The notes beneath the pieces are model-generated. The model saw nothing but the letters and a program-made list of their open reading frames with translations, made no database searches and had not been told where the DNA came from. Made by a program: the position numbers and the translations under genes. From Ostrea edulis (Eukaryota): DNA of 64,000 nt. The stretch spans positions 78,616,001 to 78,680,000 of the forward strand of contig NC_079164.1 of the NCBI RefSeq assembly GCF_947568905.1. The letters are read 5' to 3'. This document shows, piece by piece, positions 27,200 to 37,950 of this stretch. The stretch's first letter is position 1. Each line of letters starts with the position of its first letter.

Positions 27200-27830
27200 G
27201 TAAAATACTTCAACTATATACACAGTCCTCCGAGGAAGATGGGGAATAACACGTCGTCAATATTTCGACATATGTCGAGTTGAAGGCCACAGCATAGAAG
27301 CTTTTGAATATATTCTGCCTCGTAAGAATATAAAACATGTCAGCTACATGCATATAGGAGCACAATTCGTGTTCATGGGAATTCCAACAGACTGTTGGAG
27401 GCCCTGATCACCAAAGAATACGAAGATATTGTCAATGAAAAAGTCCAGTAGCATTTTAATATCAACTTCGGAGTACTTGTGCGTAGAGACAGAGTGGTGT
27501 TTAACATAGTAATTTTTTAAATGACTGGTCACTAGATATCAATATTTCCTTTCTTCCGTTTTTGGTGAAGAAGCAATTGTCTATGATATCATAAAGTCTA
27601 GTCCTTGATTTATCGTAAGAAGTGGTCATGTAAAGTGAAGAAAGGTCGTACGTTTTGATGTTGTTAATTAGAGAAAAATGTTGTGATTTCAAATTTACTA
27701 AAAGACGAATTTTAAAGAAACATTGCACATTCACTATATGAGCCATACAGCCCGCCCTAAAACCAGAGGTTCTGACCAACGAAAGGCTTCTCTCCTTATT
27801 ATAGGTGTGATGTCCAGTTGTCAAAATGAA
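27200..27830 (-). mobile_element. Penelope-like RT core fragment (degenerate)
   Basis: TYDLSSLY (motif A-like) and IDNIFVFFGDQGLQQSVGIPMNTNCAP (motif B-like), with stops and frameshifts. Confidence 0.7.
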
Positions 27831-27930
27831 GATTTCAAATAAAATAACATATTTTCACTATCATAACCACTTGGGCGACCTGATATCACATAAAACAATA
27901 GATTTGTACTTAATACTTTACGAGTGAGAT

Positions 27931-28584
27931 ACCCCTGGGTCGAGGCCTCTGCTGGTGGACTGTTAGTCCCCGAGGGTCTCTACAGCCCAGTAGCTAAGTA
28001 CTTCGTTACTAGCTTGAAAATACGGATGTATATTTAATTGCTGTTATAAAATTTAGAAATTCATTTCAAAATTAAGGATTATCTCCCTCACGCATAGCTC
28101 TTATCCTTAGACGAATTTAATTCCACTTTTTTGGCAAACTGTTTTTCCCTATAATAGCTCTAAAACTTCATTGTTATTTCGGATTTCAAACATTTCGGTT
28201 GAGCATCACTGAAGAGACATTATTTGTCGAAATGCGCATCTGGTGCATCAAAATTGGTACCGTATAAGTTTTACATTATGACCCCTGGGTCGAGGCTTCT
28301 GCTGGTGGACTGTTAGTCCCCGAGGGTCTCTACAGCCCAGTAGTTAAGTACTTCGTTACTAGCTTGAAAATACGGATGTATATTTAATTGCTGTTATAAA
28401 ATTTAGAAATTCATTTCAAAATTAAGGATTATCTCCCTCACGCATAGCTCTTATCCTTAGACGAATTTGACTCCACTTTTTTGGCACTCTTTTTCACTAT
28501 AATAGCTCTAAAACTTCATTGTTATTTCGGATTTCAAACATGCGCATCTGGTGCATCAAAATTGGTACCGTATAAGTTTTACAT
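27931..28584 (+). mobile_element. Tandem dimer of a 350-nt retrozyme-like / Penelope pLTR-like unit
   Basis: Direct repeats start ACCCCTGGGTCGAGG at 27931 and 28281. Copy 2 lacks ~40 nt corresponding to 28193-28232. Confidence 0.75.
28199..28251 (+). ncRNA. Minimal type I hammerhead ribozyme (Penelope/retrozyme type)
   Basis: Stem I TTGAGCATCA/TGGTGC(A)TCAA; core CTGAAGA 28209-28215; stem II GACA-TTATT-TGTC; GAAA 28229-28232; palindromic stem III ATGCGCAT; AUC cleavage site after 28240. Confidence 0.85.
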
Positions 28585-28785
28585 ACAAAACGTACTAAAA
28601 TTGTACACGGATATCTTTAATACATAAACTTTGAACCGATGCAACAAAACAAATAATTTCAACAAGGTTGTTGGATAATATTTACATAAATCGCACATTG
28701 TATTGCATAAAACTATACACATTTGATTGAGTCTTCTTTAAGTACATGTAATGCAGTATCACAGTTAATGCTGGGTCGGGGTAAT

Positions 28786-28822
28786 TCACGATTCCTGGAG
28801 ATACATCTTCCGTCGTTGTAAC
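28786..28822 (-). CDS. Uncharacterised gene terminal coding exon (TLQRRKMYLQES*)
   Basis: Acceptor attttcag; the phase-2 join gives ACG TTA CAA...TCG TGA. Confidence 0.65.
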
Positions 28823-31800
28823 CTGAAAATAGATCAAAACTAATGTTGGTAATCTCTGTGTGATAGTGAGTAATTTACACGATGAGGTCATGAAATCTTG
28901 GCGTGGTGTGACACAGATATTCTAAGCGGTGTGTAGGGGAAAATGAAACAGAAATAATATAGATAGATCGTGCAGTGGGTTAGATAATACATGTATTTTG
29001 AAACAACTTCAGAATACTAGTAATACTTCCATATGCATCTTGAATCACATCTATAAGTTTCAAATACAACAGAACAAAGCTTCAATTTGTGATATTTTAT
29101 GCAGAAATTGGTTTTTTGAAAACAATGTTTATTCATTTATTTGCTACGTGCTTTCTGAATGTTTGAGGCTGAGATGCGTGATGAAAATAACTATACAGTG
29201 TATATTGATGACGTAGACAACATCAACAGGTGCACTGACAACAACTACAGTTATATACCTGACAAACAGTTCTGGTGTAAAACAATCCCTGTGCAAATGA
29301 TGTAAAGTACAAAAAGAACATGTTAATTGAATATACACGCAATATCATATACATAAACATGTTTATACAGCAAAAATTAGAATATTATAAACAAGAGCTT
29401 GTTCTGCGTATGGTCAGTTTTTAAATCGATGCACTGAGGCTACTGATAAACAAGTTGATGGTGCAGGGGTTTCAACAATCTCGTTTAAAGTCAGCATTTC
29501 GCAAATTCTATGGTCGTTACAACGATCTAGTTTGCCAGTATAACCTTTCATTGGGTCAAATGTTGTCTGACGTGTTCCATACCGATTGTTGGACCGTTCT
29601 TGGCACACTGATTTTGACTACGGATTACTCCGTTTACCTGATCAAGTTATAGGATTAATGGATGGTGCGACCGGTCGACAGGGGTGCTTACTCTTCCTAG
29701 GCACCTGATCACAACTCTGGTATATCCAGGGATCCGTGTTTGCCCATGCACTCTCTATTTGCTTATTGGAGTTAGGAGATCGATCACTGTTCACCATCTT
29801 CGTCTTTCATATCATACATGTATAAAAATACTGTACATTTTTTTCTTCCATTTCATGTAGCTGTATTTTACATGACGACGCCTGAGTTGAAATATATTTG
29901 TTTACATAAATTGACACGTGAAATTTGCCTATTTTTTGTCAGTATTGTCATTACAAGGTGTTCCAAAGAGAAGATTGATGATGACTGCATTTTCATGTTA
30001 ACTTTATAAAAATCAATTAATCATTTAATACTAGAATGTGGTTGGTATAATCAGTCTAAATTTCAAATATGCGGGGAACTTGTCAAAACCGGCCGTGCAG
30101 GACTGGTAGCTGTTCTGTCGGTTGGGCCAACATGTAATCAAAATACAACGAAACCAGATGGTGCCAGGTAAGAAAAATGTGTTTTCAGGCGGCTGTCAAG
30201 TTGGTTTGTGGTGGTCGCCATATAATTATCTGGCAGCCTCCAAATAAGTTTCTGGCAGTTGCCACATGAAGTTACCTGGCAGTCGCCATAAACTTTTCCG
30301 GCAGCTTCCAGGTATCCATACATGTATGGCGATCACCTGATAATTCTATACGCTGTGGCTGCCAAAAACTTGTTTGGCGGCCGCCAGAAATTTGTTTGGC
30401 GGCTATTTTCTGTCGACCGCCAAATATAATATTTTTCTCATTTCACACAAACCGGCGTCCGTACAAAATAGTTAGAGCTTTATTGACGATTACATGTATG
30501 GAGCGCCAAATTAACATAAACTCAAATAATTGAAGATATCTTCAATTATTTGAAGATATCATCAATTCAATTATTGCTCTTTTTAAATGAATTAATGCGC
30601 GCATTAAATCAATTATTGCTCTCATCAAATGAAATAATGCGTGCATCAATTCAATTATTGCTCTCATCAATTGATTTAATGCGCGCATTATATCAATTAT
30701 TACTCTCTTCAATTGAATTGTAGCGTGCATCATTTCAATTGTTGATATCGTTAATTCATTTGAAGACATCATTAATTCAATTGAAGCGTGCATCAATTCA
30801 GCTGAAGAATTAATGCTATCATCAATTCAATTAATGCGCGCAATAATTCAGAATTGAAGATATCATTAATTATTTGAAGAGATTTTTAATTAAATTGTTG
30901 CGCGCATCAAATGAATTGATGATATCTTCAAATAATTGAAGATATCTTAAATTATTTGAGTTTATGTTAATTTGACACTCCATATACATGCCGCGTACAT
31001 CACAAATTAACATCATCAGGACAATTGTGGTTAATCTGAAAATGTGTATTATGTTATATGTAACATAATACATATTTTCAGATTAACCACAACTGTCCTG
31101 ATTTCTCAATTCAGTGTACCTTAGATTAAAACAGGGTTAGAGTTAATTTAATTTAATCAATCTGAAATATACTACGTTATTCTTGATTATGAACTTACGT
31201 GGTGAGAATTGGGACTGTTTTAGTATGGGCAGCAAATCGGTCTGTGTACTCGGAGTAAAATGGGAAGTTGTCTTTCTTATCCAGAACTCTCGACTCATTA
31301 AACCGTTTTATCTGTTCGTACTCAGCACTGGTTTTTGGATTGATGTCCTGTAAAATCTGTGTTCTGTTCAGAGGCACGGAAGAACCAAACCACGTTGTTG
31401 AGTCTGGAGAAAAATATAATTTAATTCAAATTTTAAAAGCAACTTTATTCACGTGCGATATATATTCGCGAGAACACCTTTCTTGCAAATACGTATCGTC
31501 ACGAACCAGACAATTCATTCGCGGAAAATACTGTTTGTGTGTGGTTTTTCCACCTATGATTTCCGAATAAAAGCAGTCTCTATACAAGCGCGTAAACAAG
31601 TACATGAATTCGTCTATTATAACATTTGGCCATCAATAACAGCGCAATTTTCTCACTGGGATTTCTGAGGGCATAATATCCTTCCGCCGGTCGACCGTAG
31701 GACATGTTGAGTTGTCCAGGCAAGTTTGTTGGTTGTCTTCGGTAGAGTTCGGTTGTCAAAAATCGATTGGGATCTTCTGGTTTGTTGAAATGCTGCATGG

Positions 31801-32922
31801 TTCTATTTCCTGGAATGAAAGACGATGCAAAGCTTACAATAATTGTCTATTTATCATACATTCATGTTGTTCTTTGCGAGGTGAGGATAACAGGAAAATT
31901 TTAATAACCAGTTTTTACCAATCATGTATATACTTAATTCTTGTAGACGGTCGTGTGTATGGATAAATCAAACTTGTATTAAAGAATCGCTAAAATGCTA
32001 ATCTGAACTGGTATGTGGAATAATATTGAAAGAAATTTAAGAACATGTACAATGTACATGTGTTTGCAAAAGCATTATTGATGACTTTCATGATGTCATG
32101 TAATATACATATTTTTCAAACGACATAAAATTATTTCTAAACAAATGATTTTGTAAAATCCCCAAGTTTAATGAGCTAATGAATACAAACAATGTGGTAT
32201 TTCAAAAATAAAACGTGGCAACATTGTGAAGATTTTTATTTAGTGCTGCCTACTCTTCCTGAACTAATGTAATTACACCATTTATTTTTCCATACATACT
32301 TGTATATTTTGTGGCCCTAGGTACCTGTAACCTTTGTTTATATTGGTATATTTGTGTTTGTACCTCATGTACCAGTTTTGAGTGAATAAAGAATCAAATA
32401 GAACCTACCAACTTTGTCGGGTCCCCATCTCTCGGATGCACCATGTCGACAGGTGTTGTGGAGTTGTGGCGGATCCCGTTGCCATTGGGCGTCGATCCAA
32501 CAGAGAGGTTCTTTTTGATTGTGGCCGCGGAACAAATGCTGGTTGGTATTCGTGGCATATCTGTCCCTGTACCAACCCTTCTCTGGGTAAGACTTCTCTG
32601 GTCGGCTTATCATAAAAAAGGCACCAGGGTCCTACAAGAAATACAGGACGAGTAAAGCATGTACTCAGTTCCATCTTATATTAAACTGATATACATTTAG
32701 GTAAATACATGTGCATGTGCACATATCCAGTTTGATAATTAATAATAACCATATCGAACATGTCACGAAGTATGGTGATTTTATTTGTCGCACTACATAT
32801 AGACGTTGACTTATTTGTATTACCCTGGGAATATTATTAATCTGTTTGTCTGTTAAAGTTGTGTACGGATCCCGGGCCGTCCTGAGCTTCTTTGTAATCA
32901 TGTCTATCCCAAGTGAAGCCAT
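28786..32922 (-). CDS. Uncharacterised 238-aa protein, 5 coding exons
   Basis: Exons 32922-32824, 32631-32409, 31809-31657, 31403-31199 and 28822-28786 have canonical junctions with phases 0,1,1,2 and give an open 717-nt CDS (MASLGIDMITKK...TLQRRKMYLQES*). No family was recognised. Confidence 0.8.
29430..29795 (+). mobile_element. Penelope-like element 3' fragment in the last intron of the uncharacterised gene
   Basis: QGFQQSRLKSAFRKFYGRYNDLVCQYN followed by the family 3' end. Confidence 0.7.
30499..30982. mobile_element. TA-flanked MITE with ~32-bp TIRs and internal ~21-bp repeats
   Basis: TA|TGGAGCGCCAAATTAACATAAACTCAAATAAT ... ATTATTTGAGTTTATGTTAATTTGACACTCCA|TA. Confidence 0.75.
31199..31403 (-). 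CDS. Uncharacterised gene coding exon 4
   Basis: Acceptor tttttctccag, donor gtaagt; STTWFGSSVPLN...YSEYTDRF... Confidence 0.8.
31657..31809 (-). CDS. Uncharacterised gene coding exon 3
   Basis: Acceptor ttcattccag, donor gtgaga; NRTMQHFNKPED...YYALRNP. Confidence 0.8.
32409..32631 (-). CDS. Uncharacterised gene coding exon 2
   Basis: Acceptor ttcttgtag, donor gtaggt; DPGAFFMISRPEK...WGPDKV. Confidence 0.8.
32824..32922 (-). CDS. Uncharacterised gene coding exon 1 (MASLGIDMITKKLRTARDPYTTLTDKQINNIPR)
   Basis: ACC-ATG-G Kozak context; exon acceptor tttgtag at 32958; donor AGG|gtaata. Confidence 0.75.
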
Positions 32923-33022
32923 GGTGTCTTCTTGCTCTTGGTGAGTGACCAGTACCCCTACAAACTGCAATAATTAATATTATTATATAGATACGACATT
33001 TAAAGGAAGTGCCCGAACTCAC

Positions 33023-33055
33023 TTCCTTCTAAATAGCTTAACTTATCTACACGTA
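33023..33055 (-). other. Probable 33-nt 5' UTR exon of the uncharacterised gene
   Basis: Acceptor ttttaccag, donor GAA|gtgagt; followed by a 65-nt intron to 32957. Confidence 0.5.
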
Positions 33056-33222
33056 CTGGTAAAATTTGAATGCAGTGCATGGTATACCAATATATGTAAC
33101 CAATATATGTAATGAAAAGATACCGACTTAGAATCTAAAATCACAACGATTTATTAAGACCAATTATGAGCCCACATAAGGAAAACTATACAATAATTGA
33201 CATTTCTAAGACGAAGACTATA

Positions 33223-34338
33223 TTATTTAGTTACCTGACAAGTACAACATTTACTGAGTCCTACGGGTGAATATCACAAACATCTTATTTAGTTACCTGA
33301 CAAGTACAACATTTATTGAGTCCTACGGGTGAATATCACAAACATCTTATTTAGTTACCTGACAAGTACAACATTTATTGAGTCCTACGGGTGAATATCA
33401 CAAACATCTTATTTAGTTACCTGACAAGTACAACATTTATTGAGTCCTACGGGTGAATATCACAAACATCTTATTTAGTTACCTGACAAGTACAACATTT
33501 ATTGAGTCCTACGGGTGAATATCACAAACATCTTATTTAGTTACCTGACAAGTACAACATTTATTGAGTCCTACGGGTGAATATCACAAACATCTTATTT
33601 AGTTACCTGACAAGTACAACATTTATTGAGTCCTACGGGTGAATATCACAAACATCTTATTTAGTTACCTGACAAGTACAACATTTATTGAGTCCTACGG
33701 GTGAATATCACAAACATCTTATTTAGTTACCTGACAAGTACAACATTTATTGAGTCCTACGGGTGAATATCACAAACATCTTATTTAGTTACCTGACAAG
33801 TACAACATTTATTGAGTCCTACGGGTGAATATCACAAACATCTTATTTAGTTACCTGACAAGTACAACATTTATTGAGTCCTACGGGTGAATATCACAAA
33901 CATCTTATTTAGTTACCTGACAAGTACAACATTTATTGAGTCCTACGGGTGAATATCACAAACATCTTATTTAGTTACCTGACAAGTACAACATTTATTG
34001 AGTCCTACGGGTGAATATCACAAACATCTTATTTAGTTACCTGACAAGTACAACATTTATTGAGTCCTACGGGTGAATATCACAAACATCTTATTTAGTT
34101 ACCTGACAAGTACAACATTTATTGAGTCCTACGGGTGAATATCACAAACATCTTATTTAGTTACCTGACAAGTACAACATTTATTGAGTCCTACGGGTGA
34201 ATATCACAAACATCTTATTTAGTTACCTGACAAGTACAACATTTATTGAGTCCTACGGGTGAATATCACAAACATCTTATTTAGTTACCTGACAAGTACA
34301 ACATTTATTGAGTCCTACGGGTGAATATCACAAACATC
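33223..34338. repeat. 62-bp tandem array, 18 near-identical copies
   Basis: Unit TTATTTAGTTACCTGACAAGTACAACATTTATTGAGTCCTACGGGTGAATATCACAAACATC; 1116 bp = 18 x 62. Confidence 0.97.
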
Positions 34339-34656
34339 TCAGGTTGCTATGTAATTATTTACAGAAGTATAAACTTTTACAATATCAAATAGTTTACAAT
34401 TAAAAAAATTACATTGCATACACAGTGAATAAAATTCCCCCCAACATACATTTCTATAATGCACAAAGTCTCCTTGACCTCTGATTTCATATGGGGGTGG
34501 AGGTACCTTAACACACTTTAACTTAATAGTATATATACGATATATTTAATGTAAAGCTGTAGCATTTTCCATCGAATAACTGTAGACTTTTAAAAGTGCT
34601 TGATTTTTGTTTCTTGTCCAACAGATTGTTTCAAAATTCATATTAAGCAGTTCATG

Positions 34657-36020
34657 TATCAATGTTTATTAGGTAATAGTATTTGTTAAGTAATGTTGTA
34701 TGATCAACGTTTATTAGGTAATAGAATTTGTTAAGTAATGTTGTGTGATCAATGTTTATTAGGTAATAGTATTTGTTAAGTAATGTTGTGTGATCAATGT
34801 TTATTAGGTAATAGTATTTGTTAAGTAATGTTGTGTGATCATTGTTTATTAGGTAATAGAATTTGTTAAGTAATGTTGTGTGATCAATGTTTATTAGGTA
34901 ATAGTATTTGTTAAGTAATGATGTGTGATCAATGTTTATTAGGTAATAGTATTTGTTAAGTAATGTTGTGTGATCATTGTTTATTAGGTAATAATATTTG
35001 TTAAGTAATGTTGTGTGATCATTGTTTATTAGGAAATAGTATTTGTTAAGTAATGTTGTGTGATCAATGTTTATTAGGTAATAGTATTTGTTAAGTAATG
35101 TTGTGTGATCAATGTTTATTAGGTAATAGTATTTGTTAAGTAATGTTGTGTGATCATTGTTTATTAGGTAATAATATTTGTTAAGTAATGTTGTGTGATC
35201 ATTGTTTATTAGGTAATAGAATTTGTTAAGTAATGTTGTGTGATCAATGTTTATGAGGTAATAGTATTTGTTAAGTAATGTTGTGTGATCATTGTTTATT
35301 AGGTAATAATATTTGTTAAGTAATGTTGTGTGATCATTGTTTATTAGGTAATAGAATTTGTTAAGTAATGTTGTGTGATCATTGTTTATTAGGTAATAGA
35401 ATTTGTTAAGTAATGTTGTGTGATCAATGTTTATTAGGTAATAGTATTTGTTAAGTAATGTTGTGTGATCATTGTTTATTAGGTAATAATATTTGTTAAG
35501 TAATGTTGTGTGATCATTGTTTATTAGGTAATAATATTTGTTAAGTAATGTTGTGTGATCAATGTTTATTAGGTAATAATATTTGTTAAGTAATGTTGTG
35601 TGATCATTGTTTATTAGGTAATAGAATTTGTTAAGTAATGTTGTGTGATCATTGTTTATTAGGTAATAGAATTTGTTAAGTAATGTTGTGTGATCATTGT
35701 TTATTAGGTAATAGAATTTGTTAAGTAATGTTGTGTGATCATTGTTTATTAGGTAATAGTATTTGTTAAGTAATGTTGTGTGATCATTGTTTATTAGGTA
35801 ATAGAATTTGTTAAGTAATGTTGTGTGATCATTGTTTATTAGGTAATAGTATTTGTTAAGTAATGTTGTGTGATCATTGTTTATTAGGTAATAGTATTTG
35901 TTAAGTAATGTTGTGTGATCATTGTTTATTAGGTAATAGAATTTGTTAAGTAATGTTGTGTGATCATTGTTTATTAGGTAATAGAATTTGTTAAGTAATG
36001 TTGTATGATCAACGTTTATT
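34657..36020. repeat. 45-bp minisatellite, ~30 copies
   Basis: Unit TTGTGTGATCA(A/T)TGTTTATTAGGTAATAG(T/A)ATTTGTTAAGTAATG. It produces the 463-aa repetitive ORF in the track. Confidence 0.97.
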
Positions 36021-36883
36021 TGATACTTTGTATTGCTCTTCAACTTCTTAAAATTCGCAGCAGGATACCGTCGGATAAGGGGTGTTATCTGAGAGCCTGC
36101 TATTAATTTTTGATTAATAACGGTCCATTGGATTTGCGATGCTGACGGGATAGAGAGGACCAGTTCTACTGATGCGACGTAGATGTGTCGATTTCAGAGG
36201 CTCAAACAAAGCAGGATCGTGAAAATTTGGTAATTAATTAATTAATTAATCTTCTATCTACTATCTTTGGGATTTTATTGGATTTACCAGGTGTCACCCC
36301 AAAATTCATCGAAGATTTCACTGAGATCCTTGGTAAAATATTTAAGCACCACGTGCAGGGTTTCTCTGAAATTGATATTTAGTAACGAAAATAATTAAAC
36401 AGCAATCACCCTTTTTGCCCTTAATGACCACCAAGCACCAATTTGCACCGAAAAGTCACTTGGTGACTGGTGTGAGTTTTGGTGATTTTGGTGGATATAC
36501 TCAGATAAAATGAAGTAATTATCCGGTGTTACATGGAATGAAGGTGAACTATCATTAGTTATTCAATCGTATAGGTAATCAAAGAGAGCTGGGATTACAC
36601 TGTATTATTGGTTTCGTTCTATATTTCATAATATCTCAGGTTTTTTTCTTCTTAGAATAGTCTTTTAAAATATGTTATTATCATCATAAAAATACGGAAA
36701 GGCATAAATCTGAAAACAAAACGTATACATATTGTAACAATTAAAAATCCCATTAAAGATTTATATTTATGTGATATTTACCAATGTATATAATAGTGAT
36801 ATTGTTGTAAATCATAGTTTCTCTCTCTCTCTGTACGTGTATATGTGATCTTATATACTAACAAAATATGTTGACGAGGTCGC

Positions 36884-36900
36884 TATATATATATATATAT

Positions 36901-36936
<36 letters not shown>

Positions 36937-36945
36937 GTAGATAGC
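36884..36945. repeat. Compound (TA)n(GATA)n microsatellite
   Basis: Read directly. Another (TA)n lies at ~18371-18410. Confidence 0.9.
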
Positions 36946-37090
36946 GCTAGCTACACTATGTACACTCATACACTGGCATGTATTTACAGGTGCCCTTGTA
37001 AAGATATCGTGTATACAATAGAATCTTAGATATGTATATCAAATATTAGTTATACATAAATTATAAAGACATTTAACAACTTTTGCTTAC

Positions 37091-37676
37091 CTGTCCCTCG
37101 ATATCAAAGCTATTACCTGCTTTGCTCAAGTAAATTGTTGACACCGGAAGTAGTTTGTTGCTACAACGGTTTAGAGGCCATTCTTGACAACCATTTACAG
37201 AAGGTGTAAATGATCCAAATGACAGATGTTACAAAAGAGAACAAAACATAATCATTATTTGTGAATTTCTAAAGTTGCTTCTTTTACAATATTACATAAT
37301 CACAATTCCATAATCCGAGGCTTTAATAGGCTATAGGCTAACTAGTATTGTTTTCCCCTGTGTTTTATTATTTCATTCTAAATAATCAGAATTTGATTTG
37401 AAAGATTCTAAATTTTCTAATTAAAATTTATCAACTTTCCACTTTTTTTTCTTTATTTTTTTTTTACCGAAATAAAGGACAGTACAACCTTATTCATATC
37501 ATAAGTAAAGAAGAAAAAATATCGGGCTCGATATTATATAAAACAATTGTACGCATGCGTATAGATGGAAATCTTCCGCGAAAATTCGGCTGTTTTAGTG
37601 GTAGAAGGTTGCGAGACGTTTGCAGCCACAGTGCAGATGATATCGAATTAATTCTGTAGATAAAGATACATAGAAG
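37091..37676. promoter_or_regulatory. Putative bidirectional promoter with divergent non-coding first exons (uncharacterised gene on -, GMPS on +)
   Basis: Minus-strand donor CAG|gtaagc at 37091 and plus-strand donor AAG|gtaatt at 37676. ETS ACCGGAAGT at ~37143-37151, NRF1-like ACGCATGCGT at 37551-37560, E2F-like TTTCGCGG (minus) at ~37576-37583. Confidence 0.45.
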
Positions 37677-37950
37677 GTAATTTCATGTTTATTCTAAATA
37701 TAAGCGTTTATGAAGTTTGGTCTGCTTTAACTCGTATCCTGAAATGTGTTTTGCAAATTTAACGACCCCACGTTGCCCTTTCTGTTTTTCTTTCAGATCG
37801 CTCACTGGTTTGATATTTTGTATAAAGTCAAATTATAATATTTGCAAATCCTATTACAAAACATTTTCTTGAGAGTTTGGGTTGAATATCATTGTCAGAA
37901 TAGTTTATTTTGAAATTGATACAACCCTTTCGAGTTCCTGTACAAATTAT

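Noticed and set aside
33223-34338. CRISPR-like array
   Set aside because: The units are contiguous and identical with no unique spacers, there are no cas genes, and the context is eukaryotic.
34652-36043. 463-aa ORF as a bona fide protein-coding gene
   Set aside because: It consists entirely of a 45-bp AT-rich minisatellite and has no splice or homology support. It is kept only as a low-interest finding.
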